DNA of 64,000 nt from Macrostomum hystrix (taxonomy: Eukaryota > Animalia > Platyhelminthes), in NCBI GenBank assembly GCA_950097015.1, contig CATNEN010000003.1, positions 14,508,001 to 14,572,000 on the forward strand, in the 5' to 3' direction. The position numbers and the translations under genes were made by a program. Positions 52,909 to 63,906 of this stretch are shown piece by piece; the first letter of the stretch is position 1, and every line of letters begins with the position of its first letter. The notes under the pieces are model-generated. The model was not told the origin of the DNA. It made no database searches and saw only the letters and a program-made list of their open reading frames with translations.

Positions 52909-54249
52909 ATGACTATTGACTACCCTGATACGCGGTCTGAAAATGCGGACTCCATGGACTCTGTTGCACAATTGTTCAGCAATAATGGCTTGGCTAGAGG
53001 CGAAGGACTTGCTGTCCAAAAGTCTCGCACTGTACTCACTTTCTCATCAGTGGTTCTTTTCGTCTGCGGATTCGTATCAAACCTTCTAGCAGCCTCCGCG
53101 TTTTCCGTCATTGCGCCATTCTTTCCAGGAGTTGCTCTGTCCAAAGGTGTCTCATTGTCAGTCACTGGACTAATATTTGGTGTTTTCGAGTTGGTCATTT
53201 TCCTTTTCAGTCCATTTGTGGTTTACATTTCCGCTAAAGTCGGCAATAAGACTCTGTATATCGGAGGTCTGAGTACTTGCGGCATTTGCTCAATACTTTT
53301 CTCTTTTCTCGAGCATCTTCCCAATGGCGCTCCGTTCGCCGTAATGTGCTTCCTGGTTCGCTCAGTCTGTGCTACTGGCGCATCCGTGTTCTTGGTGGCC
53401 TCGTTTGCCACATTGGCGTGCGCCTTTCCTGACAAAGTGTCAACTGTGAACGGAGTTGTGGAGACTGCACTGGCACTTGGCTACATGCTGGGACCGGGCC
53501 TAGGCGGTGTTTTGTTTGATCTTGGAGGCTTCAAACTGCCGCTGCTAACTGTCGGTGCTTCACTGTTGGTTGTGGCCTGCGTGTGCTTCAAAGCTATCCC
53601 GAATATGTCTGAAGAAGAGGTCATTGAGCCAGTGAAGTTCTGGATACTGCTTCGTTTACCCGTCGCTGTCCTCATTCTACTGACCTTTGCACTTCTTGGC
53701 GCCATCGAAAGTACCATAGACATTGTGATGGAGCCATTCGTTACACAGAACTTCGGCTTGTCGCACACCATAATTGGTCTGTTGCTTCTGCTTCCCAGTC
53801 TGATTCTGAGCGTAAGCGCTATCGGCTGGGGATTTCTGTCTGACAAGAAGGGCTGGAATGCAGGCATTGTCATATTTGGTTTGCTATTAACTGCTGTCGG
53901 ATCCATATTCCTTGATCCTCCCAGATTCCTGTTCAAAGTGAGTCCTGGTCTTTACTCAATGATTCCTGGTCTAGTGTGCATCGGCTTAGGAGTCAGTGCA
54001 GCCCTTGTCCCAATCTACGGACTGTGCCTTGAACAGGCCTGCAGACACGGACTGCAGGAGAATGCCGGCACCGTCAACTTGATTTCTGGTGTCACGAATT
54101 CCGCCTTTTCGTTTGGCCTGTTTTTGGGACCCACTCTAGGTGGATATTTGTACGAAGCAGTGGGGGTGAGCAATTTGATGTTGGGCTACGCTCTGCTATT
54201 TCTGCTGCTCGTCCCATTGTTTGTCATCGCATTAGGGCGTCCGGGGTGA
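52909..54249 (+). CDS. SLC18B1: SLC18B1-like MFS transporter, copy 3
   Basis: 446-aa ORF with AFSVIAPFFPG and FPDKVSTVNGVVETALALGYMLGPGLGG..GGFKLP. Possible phase-2 donor GG|gtgagc at 54245. Confidence 0.88.
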   Translation: MTIDYPDTRSENADSMDSVAQLFSNNGLARGEGLAVQKSRTVLTFSSVVLFVCGFVSNLLAASAFSVIAPFFPGVALSKGVSLSVTGLIFGVFELVIFLFSPFVVYISAKVGNKTLYIGGLSTCGICSILFSFLEHLPNGAPFAVMCFLVRSVCATGASVFLVASFATLACAFPDKVSTVNGVVETALALGYMLGPGLGGVLFDLGGFKLPLLTVGASLLVVACVCFKAIPNMSEEEVIEPVKFWILLRLPVAVLILLTFALLGAIESTIDIVMEPFVTQNFGLSHTIIGLLLLLPSLILSVSAIGWGFLSDKKGWNAGIVIFGLLLTAVGSIFLDPPRFLFKVSPGLYSMIPGLVCIGLGVSAALVPIYGLCLEQACRHGLQENAGTVNLISGVTNSAFSFGLFLGPTLGGYLYEAVGVSNLMLGYALLFLLLVPLFVIALGRPG

Positions 54250-55427
54250 GCATTTTCGATTTCTAATAGTTATTTGTTATTATCGACTGTTTCATCAAAC
54301 GGTGCCTATTTTAAGAAACACAACAAAGCCAAAAAACACAAATATTGACCGTTTTACTAAACTATTTAAGTTACCTATTTCGTTTTCGTTAAGTAGAAGC
54401 TTAAGTAAAAGTAAAAGTATAAGTAAAATCATAAGGGCAATTCACTGGTAATTTGCAATTATGTAATCATGCGTAGTTATTGTTCTACGATAATTTGCTG
54501 CTGTACATGCGAGTAAGCTCAAAGAATATAAATTTATTCTTTCTGAGGTGCACTCTAGACTATAATATTTAGTTTGTCAAATTAGAATAACCACTTTACA
54601 GGTTTCAATTTTTCTAAGCGAATCATAAAATTGCGAGCAGAAATGTATTTGTTTTTTCTGCACTGTCATTTTAAATCGATATTTCTACTGTGTTCTTATA
54701 CTGTAGCTAGCTAATAATGTGCTGTACGAGCGTATTTAGCTCATTGTTTAAGAGTAGCTTTACATAAAGAAATAACTAACTATATTGTTCTGATATTTAC
54801 ACACTTTAAATCAATTAATAGCGCGTAGTTTTTTGTGATAGTTATATATCCTCGTTGTTACGAGTTATCCTGCCTATTTTGTGCCAACAGCAACTTTTTC
54901 ACAATTTTTTACTCTGTATCTACAAGTCGCACTATGTTTGCCGTGCTAGGTCTTATTTTGTGGCTATTCACCGTCTATTTATTGAGCCTTATCTTTTTAA
55001 AATCCTCTATCATGCAATTGAACTTGCAACTTTTTAAATTAATTTTTTGTTATACACTTTGCAATTCTTTTTTTTTGTCTTTTACGCTCGTGTTATTTCT
55101 GTTAAAAGCGGTGTGCTACACTACATATACACATATGGTCTACAAAAATGTTATTAACTCTTTGTTTTGTAAACAATTTCATTTTTTGCACTGCAATAGT
55201 TGTTATTGGGCTTAGTATAGAAAAAAGCTCGGGGTTGAAATTGATCCGCTTAGTTTTGGCGAGTGATTTTCTGAGTTGTCACTTTAGTGACAAGTCCAGA
55301 AAGTCCAGAACCGCCAAAAAAGTCCAGAACTCGGGCTAAAAGTTTCTGCTCTATCCTATTAAACTTCGCCCAGATATTCAACCAACCGCCACGATGCTGA
55401 CTTGAACTAATTTTTATCTGCATGCCT

Positions 55428-55500
55428 GACTTTCACGAAAATTGGTCATTCGGTTTGGGAGCTATTCGTGAAGCAGGCAGTGGGTTATACCCGTGGTCTT
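55428..55500 (+). repeat. Dispersed structured repeat, copy 2
   Basis: Homologous to the reverse complement of 6273-6354. Confidence 0.6.
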
Positions 55501-55571
55501 TCTACTGGTACTGAATTTTTGGCGTTTTTGTGGACAAATAATTAAACTTGATTGCATTTTAACACTTTCAG

Positions 55572-58005
55572 GCGACAGGTGATCGTCTTTCAGCGGAAAG
55601 TTCGGCAGTTTTGGCCCTTGTTGAAGCTAGCCCGAGCAGTACCGGTATTTCTGCAGGTGGCAATTGCGATGTCGATAAAACTATGGTGCCACTCAGCAGA
55701 ACCAATATTTTTCTACTTCTGACACTATTTAGTTCCAATCTTTTCGCTACTCTAGCATTTTCAGTGCCAAGTCCGTTTTTACCTGGTGCTGTTTTATCTA
55801 AAGGACTTTCCCTGACAGTTGCTGGATTGATTATCGGGGAATTCGAGCTAGTCATATTCATTGTTAGTCCATTTGTTGTGTACATAGCTGCACCGGTTGG
55901 TATCAAGTTTGTCTACATTTGCGGCATATGCATCTGCAGCACAAGCTTGATTCTATTCAGCGCATTGGAAGCCTGTCCACCGGGAAACATATTCGGCGTC
56001 ATGTGCTTCTTAACTCGCGGTTTTGCCGCCTTCGGTGCCGCCTTCTTCCTGGTGGCTTCCTGCGACATTCTTGCTCGCACCTTTCCTGATCGAGTTTCTA
56101 CTATGATTGGCGCACTAGAGACTGCTCAAGGCCTTGGCTACACTGTTGGTCCAGCTATTGGTGGAATACTGTACGATGTTGGCGGATTCCGACTGCCTTT
56201 TCTAACTGTCGGTGCCCTGATGCTGGCTACGACTTTGCCTGCAGTCTTAGCCACTCCCGCCTACTACACTGCTAAAGCTGAAGACAATGGCAATGGTGCT
56301 CAGTTGTGGAAACTGCTTACTATTCCGCTAGTTCTGGCCACTCTATTAGCTTATTGCTCTTCAGGTGCACTTTATGGCGCTCAGAACGCTATGTTGGAGC
56401 CCTATCTTGCCGAGACTTTTCATTTCGCTCCAAGAATTATTGGGATAATGTTTCTGCTACCGAGCCTGACCTACACGATCTCGGCCTTCCTTTGGGGCTA
56501 CCTCACGGACTCGATGGGTTGGGGAGTCGGTCTGATCATCTTTGGCTTGATTCTGTCCGTGTTTAGCGCCGTCTTAATGAATCCGTCAAACTTTTTGTTT
56601 ATGTGTGAGCCAAGTCTGTTTACCTTGTTGCCTTCTCTGCTGCTTTTGGGATTCGCCACATCATGCATCATGGTACCGGCTTTCGGAGTGTGCCTTGAGT
56701 CGGCATTAAAAAATGGCTTCGATGAAAGCAGCGAGATTACTAAATTTATAGCCGGTCTTGTGACATCCTTCTATTCGTTTGGTGTGTTCATTGGGCCGGC
56801 TACTGGTGGCCGTTTATACGAAGCTTGGGGCTTCGGAAATCTTCTGTTGGGATATGCGGCACTGTTTTCAATGTTCGCAATTTTGCTAACAATCGTCTGC
56901 GCGATGGAAAGGTTAGAATAAATCAATAAATAATAATTGCACGAAGGCTCTTGGCAATGGAACATCATTTGGTGACACTAGACCCGCAGCCACCAAGGAG
57001 GCAATTCTGCTCATTTCGTTGACTCCTGAGCACACACGAACTCAGATACTGTACGCAGGCATACGCTCACAGGTGTGTTCATCTGCCATGACTTTCTCAT
57101 CGTCAGGCAGTGTACCTTTCACTCTGCATTGGAGGTTGGCCCAAGGACCACTGTTGTATAACAGGACGGGAGACTCAAAGATCGTGCTTAAATTTTTAAA
57201 AGGCCGATTTTCTGGAAAAAAAATGCACTGTGGAGATAGGAAAAACTCATTTTTTCAGCACATAATCAACTATTGCTTTTGATCTGGAGCAAGTACAAAT
57301 CCGTTTATCTTAGTACAGCATGCCCAACATTAAGCTCCATTGTTTTTATATAGCTTTGTTTATAAAAGTCTTATTTTCACATATATATATTATATAACAG
57401 TGTCTTGAATCTATATAGACTATAGACTAGCACATTTAATGGCTCAAAATATGATAGCTAAATATTCTTACTTTGGCCTAAGTTGTTTGAATTAACAAAT
57501 TAGCTAAATAGTTTGGCAAAACTAACAGCCAAAAAAGTAATTACTATAACAGTAGCAACTATACAGCTATAAAGGTACAACAAATTTCAAAATGATTTTA
57601 ATGCAACCAAGTAAGTTAATTAATTTTTTTGGTCCTTGGGTTGGCCCTCGAGGGCGTGAATTGCACTAAAAGCCCCCAGGCCTCGCCGCGGAATCGAGCT
57701 CAGAACGGAATAGAATTGAATTGGTTGCAATTATTATTAAATACAATACTACGAGTACAATAAGCATGCAGTTGACTAGACACGGTCCGACGAAATAAAA
57801 CAGATGGGGATACATACTTACAGATAATTAAGATAAGTTTTCTCTGAAACAAAGTACTTAACAGGGGGTTTTAACTAAAATCTTCAATTTTAGACGCCAG
57901 CAGAATAAGCCCAAATATTCAGTGCTACAATCTGAGTGCTCGGACGTTGATGTCGACAGTAATCAGGATTCCGATGAACAGCCGCAAGCAAACTCTGCAA
58001 TGTAG
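55572..58005 (+). CDS. SLC18B1: SLC18B1-like MFS transporter, copy 4; exons 55572-56911 and 57894-58005; start unresolved
   Basis: Family motifs present. Acceptor actttcag| at 55571. GAAAG|gttaga joins ttttag|A in phase 2 to an acidic tail RRQQNKPKYSVLQSECSDVDVDS... Confidence 0.85.
56928..57705 (-). mobile_element. SINE-like repeat, family 3, split by a MITE
   Basis: Colinear with 50525-50831 on both sides of the insertion. Confidence 0.75.
57142..57638. mobile_element. MITE with short TIRs and an 8-bp TSD (P- or hAT-like)
   Basis: Termini caaggacca / tggtccttg. TSD ggttggcc at 57134-57141 and 57639-57646. The empty site is visible in the paralogous repeat at about 50733. Confidence 0.85.
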
Positions 58006-58949
58006 TCTGCACTTTTAGCTTTTATTCAACGAATCGTAAATTTTTAGAAAAAAAACTTGTTATTTAATTTGGTGCCAAAACTTATTTAGCTTTATTGATA
58101 CTAATATTTTGCTAATATCTAATCTAGAAAATATAAATTGGTACGGGTTTCTTATCTAGTTCATAAAGTACTTTATTGAGCGATTTAAATTCCAAATTAA
58201 GTGTGACCACACGACAAGCTAGTCAAAAGGTTTTCCTTTTAACTTATGCAAAAGTAGTTTTTTATCTGTTTCACTTTTGGACGAATTATCTATCACGACT
58301 TTCATGATTTACTCCGTAAAAGTTTGTTAAATCAATATGATTTTTAGCTAAGTGAAATTACGAGTGTGTAATCTCCATCTTGAATTTCAGTCTGTCATAA
58401 TCCTTTGAAGCCAGGAGTTTTTTCTTTGCTTTCTTTCAAATCAAAGGTGCAACGGTTTTGTGTCTTGAATTTTATAAACTATTTAGATTGTTTTTGCTTG
58501 TTATTACTTTCAGATTACTTTTTTACATGTACTTTATTTTCGTGTGAAGTGATGTATCTGCAGAATGCATTCTTTATTGTTCTATTTGATCGAAAAAAGT
58601 TGTAACAGTTTTTTATTAATATTTTCATTCATTTATTCATTTGTTATTTGTTTTTCTACTTTTGCTTTTTGGTGAGGATATATTATTTATTGTTGATTGA
58701 GATATTTTTAATCTCAATTGATACTTTCGTACAGAGCTAAAGTTTAAAACGTGTCATTTATTTTTTTATTAACTTCTGTTTCGGGTATAAGTAGCTAGGC
58801 ACTAGTGGTATCGTCTAGTTTATTTTCATTAGCTGCACCCGCGCAGGTGAGGCTTGAAGCTGTCACGAGCATGTCCTTTCGTCCAATACGTGCAGTAGTG
58901 ACTTAAAAATGGGTGGCTATTAGTTGCAGTTAAATAGTATTATAAGAAG

Positions 58950-59005
58950 TGGGTTGTAGCCGCACGACTTAAAGGTCGAGAGTTCGATTCCAGACTCCAC
59001 AGGAT
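58950..59005 (+). mobile_element. Truncated head of a family 1 SINE
   Basis: ggttgtagcc..acgacttaaaggtcgagagttcgattccagactccac. Confidence 0.55.
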
Positions 59006-59175
59006 CAATTTAAGAACTTGTGATTACAGGCGGGTGTACAATCTAGCGCCTAGAGTCTCAGTAGCGTTTGCGCGGCCAACATAGCTATTGAAGTGTGGGT
59101 GAATTTAATTAAAATCAACAGGAAAAATCCCTTATGAAAACCAAATTTGATTTCAGCCCATCAGAAGCTGCAGTT

Positions 59176-59779
59176 ATGTCGAACGTATTCTTTGATATCA
59201 CCGCTAATGGCCAGCATATGGGTCGCATCGAGTTCAAGCTCTATTACGACGTGGTGCCGAAGACTGCGGAGAATTTCAAGTGCCTGTGCACTGGCGAGAA
59301 GGGCAAAAGCAGTGAGTCAAGATCGTTTCGTTTTTCATTGGTAATTTCTTGGCATTACAAAGTCTTGACGTCAGCAAACATTCCTTTAAATTTCCCTAAC
59401 AGAACAGGGGCCGGCCCTGCACTTTAAGGGCAGCAAGTTCCACCGCATCATTCCGCAGTTCATGTGCCAGGGCGGCGACTTCACTCGCGGCAACGGCACC
59501 GGCGGCGAGTCCATCTACGGCGAGAAATTCGCCGACGAGAATTTCTCGCTGAAGCACGGCAAGCCGTTCCTTCTGTCTATGGCCAATGCCGGACCCAACA
59601 CCAACGGCAGCCAGTTCTTCATTACCACCGTTGCCACGTCGTGGCTTGACGGCAAGCACGTGGTGTTCGGCGAAGTTGTCAGCGGCCAGGACGTTGTCAA
59701 GAATATGGAGGCCCTCGGCAGTCAGGGTGGCGCCACATCCAAGGAGGTGGTCATCGCCGACTGCGGCATTGTTGGCTGA
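59176..59779 (+). CDS. Cyclophilin-type peptidyl-prolyl cis-trans isomerase (single domain, divergent loop); exons 59176-59311 and 59403-59779
   Basis: [72 protein letters not shown] and [10 protein letters not shown]; phase-1 intron. Confidence 0.96.
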
Positions 59780-60919
59780 ATATGAAGTCCAATGTCCGCG
59801 AGTTCTTCAGCGAGGACTGTCTAACGAGTCGAAATCATGTTCTAAACTAACGCAGGTGTTGTCTTATTAAACTATCACCTTCGTATCCCTGAACTAGTCC
59901 TAGCAAGCAAAGTGTTCACCGTTTTTTTCTAGAATTTCGTCCGTCTGTTAGTTTTTCCTTTTTGTTTAAGCTGGGAATTTGTGGGTTTTTTACTGTTCGC
60001 AGTCGCATAAATTCTTGCCGTCTATATAGTCTTATTAGTCTCTTTGCACTAATTAAATAGTTTAAGAATTTCTCGTCTTAAAATAAGTCTTAGTTGCAAT
60101 AATTAGAACTTACTACTCACATCGTCTGTGCGGTTTTTTGGATGGAACTTGCAATGAAAATGTTTCAAAATAAAACTTTCTCCGTTTCAGTTTACCCGGT
60201 TTTATAGTTTAGACTTGATCGACGGGATTTTTGTTTAGAAAATTCCCAATCGACCATTACAATTTTGCTTTCTGCTTTTTTCACACTTTTCTAGTCTTTT
60301 TAGTAGAAACACTGTTCTTTTACACTATAATGATATTAAAGAAATTGTTAAGCCGCTTTTGTTTGTGACCCAATCTCGTTTGCTCAGTTGTTTAACTTGC
60401 TTTTTTAGATGACAGAAGAAATGCAGCAAAGTAGGATAAGTCCAAAAATATTATTTCTGATTTATAATATCACTGTTAGTTACTAGCACAAGTTCTTCTG
60501 AACTCAAGATCTTCTCAATAATTTAATCAGCTTCTTATTTATTAATATCGTTGCACCAACAAAAAAAATTAAACACGTTTTCAATATGTTTTGCATCAGC
60601 CCTCACTCGCTTTGAAAAAAAGTTTCATCGTTTGATTTTCGTCATTCGTCGTTTGTGATTTTTCGCAATTTACTGGAAGTAGTTAAAGAAACGTGTGAGT
60701 TCAGAAAGGGGAGAGAAAATAACAGGCAAGATAAAAAGAGAAGACACTAAGATTCGCTAAGATTCCAGATAAGAGTAGGAATTTATTTGAATCTCGTTTA
60801 CTTGATTTAAAAGTTACACTGACAGAATAAGGATATTCACACGGAAATAAATTATAGCGCGCTCACAGTGAAAAGCAAGTTTGGTCTAACAATTTGGATA
60901 TAACACTTTTACTTCAACT

Positions 60920-63080
60920 GGCCTAATCCGCGCCCTACTCTTCCAGAGAGGCTCCGGTTGTCTCTGCTTTCCCCCTCCCTCCCCCCTCTCCCTCCCTTTC
61001 CCCCTCCCCCCGGTCACTCCCCACCCTTTCCCCAGTCCCGCCCCCGTCCCTCCTCCCCCTCCCCCACCCCTTCCCACTCCCTCCTCTCCAGCGGCACCAC
61101 CACCATCAGTCACGTCGACAACTCGAGCGACTTTAAAGTCCTTCAAATCAACCTGAATGGCATCAATGGTAAATGTGACGAGCTCAGCCATCTCCTGAGC
61201 AGCAGACAGATTGATGTGCCGGCCGTCCAAGAAACCAAGTTACGGCCCAACTCCAAGCTTTATATTGACGGCTATGAGAAGCTTCCTGCTTCCTGCTCCC
61301 AGGCATCCTCATCCTGGAGAGAAAGCCTTCAGGCAAGCTGTCCTTCAAGCAGCTAAGCACCACATCCCAGCCGGAAAAATTCAAAATTTCCGTCCTCACT
61401 TCCCACCGGAAGCCGACGCCCTCTGCAAGCAAAGAGACCTCATTCGCACGGACAACCCGCAGTCGGAAGCTATCACCGTCATTCAAGACGAAATCAACCA
61501 GATCTACTCCAACTTTCGCCGGGCGAACTGGAGGGAAAAGCTTGAGCAGTTCAGCATCAAGCACCAGGTCTCTGAACTGTGGCGTACCATCAAGAACCTC
61601 AGCGGTAAAGGCCACAAAGAAAACTCCGCTGGCATCCTTTTTGACGAGCTTCCCTTAACTGATCCCAAAAGCATTGCCAAGGCCTTCAACAGGCAGTTCT
61701 TTGATCAAATTCATCCGGCCACCCTGGACGACAGACGCCTCAAAAGGGACATCAGGCTTTCCCCCACCAATGGCTTCCTGCTCACGTCCAGAGACGTCAC
61801 GTCGGCCATCAAAAGCTCTTCGCCGTCCAAAGCCACCGGACCGGATGGCCTTTCCCCCATCGTCCTGAAGCATCTTGGACCAAGGGGAATTGCCTTCCTC
61901 TGCTGCCTATTCAATCTGAGCCTTACCACCAGTATCGTTCCTAGCACATGGACATCTGCCAAGGTAGTGCCTCTTCTCAAAGGGACAAAGATGCTACCTG
62001 CAGCTCCTCCTACAGGCCTATCTCCATCCTTTCTCCAGCCGCCAAATTGCTGGAAAAGTGCCTGCTGTCCACCTTTCAGAGAGCGCACTCCCGCTCCCCA
62101 CCTGGCAGCATGGCTTCCGCGCCGGACACTGCACCGCCACCGCCCTCACCAGCCTCACCAGCTCCATTAGCAACGGCCTTAACCAACCTAAACCTGCTGA
62201 GAGGACTCTGCTCGTCGCACTTGACCTGCAAAAAGCGTTCGACAAAGCAAATCACGCCAAGCTCCTCCGGATGCTCTTCAACTCCAGCCTTCCGAAATGC
62301 CTCACCAGGTGGCTCAGTGCGTACCTGTGCGGTCGGAGCACGAGAGTCCTCTTCCGCGGCTCGCTCTCCTCGGCCAGGCGTCTCAGAGCGGGCGTGCCTC
62401 ATGGAGGGGTTCTGTCCCCGCTCCTCTTTGCCTTCTACATGAGCGACATCCCGGCTCCTCCTGCCCAGATCCAGCTGACTCAATATGCCGACGACCTCAC
62501 CGTCTGCACGAGAGGCCCCATTGTCGCCAACCTGGCCACTGTCATCCAACCGTACCTGGACCAGCTGTGACTACCTCTTGAAGAAGGACCTTGCGCTGTC
62601 GCCGACCAAGTCCTCCGCTACTTTCTTCACGAGCTCCAACCATGAGTTCAATGCAGCTCCGACGGTTTCTCTCTGTGGAACGCCAGCTTTCCATCGCCCT
62701 CCACACCGCTTGCGTGCAGAAACGCCTGCTGGACCGGCAACCTAATCGGGTCCTCGGCGCGCCGCCGCCTGTAATCGACGCCTCCGAGACGCAGTTGCCG
62801 CGCTCCGCCCGGGCCACGCTAGCCAAACTCCGGTCGGGTTTCTGCCTTCACCTGGCCAGTTTTAAGCACCGCCTCGACCAGGAGTCGCCTGCGACCTGCC
62901 CGCGTTGCCACGGCGAGGAAGAGTCGGTCACGCATCTGTTCGCCTGCCCGGCTCGTCCCACCTCGCTCGTCCCGCGGGATCTCTGGTCCCAGCCCAAGAC
63001 CGTCTGGGGCTTCTTCGCCGAGCTTTTCCCAGGAGCAGGTACTGGCCCTGGCCCGCCGAGCCAAGGTTAACACACACACC
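60920..63080 (+). mobile_element. Degenerate, internally deleted non-LTR retrotransposon (APE endonuclease, RT, C-terminal CCHC)
   Basis: LQINLNG..VQETK (endonuclease N-terminus only), GPDG, SYRPISIL, QHGFR, LDLQKAFD, GVPHGGVLSPLLF, QYADDL and CPRCHGEEESVTHLFAC; frameshifts. Confidence 0.92.
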
Positions 63081-63114
63081 TTGAGTGGCATTTTCCACCA
63101 CGCCTGGCCGCCTC

Positions 63115-63186
63115 CAAAGATTATTTATAGAGAACTATAAATATTCTTTTATCTTTGGCCGCCTGGTTCTCTATAAATAATCTTTG
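63115..63186. mobile_element. 72-bp P-like TIR remnant or excision footprint
   Basis: Perfect 21-bp TIRs caaagattatttatagagaac / gttctctataaataatctttg; 8-bp TSD gccgcctc at 63107-63114 and 63187-63194. Confidence 0.85.
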
Positions 63187-63316
63187 GCCGCCTCCCCATG
63201 ATGTGCAAAAAAGGCCATTTAAAAAAAATCCATTCGATTTCAATTGAAGATACTATAAAAAAATTCGATCGAACGAAATAGATACAAAGAAAAAAGTATA
63301 AAGTTCAATATAAAAC

Positions 63317-63843
63317 ATGTCCAACTCTAACGTTCACTTGGACATCACCGCTGGCGGAAAACCTCTAGGCCGCATCGAGTTCAAACTTTATTACGATGTT
63401 GTGCCAAAGACGGCGGAGAATTTCAGGTGCCTGTGCACTGGAGAAAAAAGAACTGGGGGTATAAGTTTCTATTATCATAGCAGTCTATTATGTCTCTTAA
63501 TGTGGATAAATTTCATTTTTCAAGACCAAGATAAAAAGGTAAAACGTTCAAGCAAATAAGTACCGAGATACGTAAAATTATCCCGTTTTGTGCAAAAAAG
63601 CAAACTATAAATGTTCATCACATTAGCCTACTGCCAGTAGCAGTAGAAGCGAATTATTATAAATTTGATACAGATCGAAAATAATTTTCAGTCGCCGGCC
63701 GGCCATTGCACTTCGATGGCAGCAAGCTCCACCGCATCATTCCGCAGTTCCTGTGTCAGGGCGGCGACTTCACTCGCGGCAACGGCACCGGCGGCGAGTC
63801 CATCTACGGCGAGAAATTCGCCGACGAGAATTTTTATCGCTAA
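63317..63843 (+). pseudogene. Second cyclophilin copy, disrupted; exons 63317-63458 and 63692-63843
   Basis: Near-identical to copy 1 up to ADENF, then TAT CGC TAA (apparent extra T) and unrelated sequence. FHR becomes LHR and FMC becomes FLC. Confidence 0.8.
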
Positions 63844-63906
63844 ACCATATACTACGAGATAGTTAGCAAAAGAGCAAACGTCAAGACAAACATTTATTAT
63901 TTAAAC

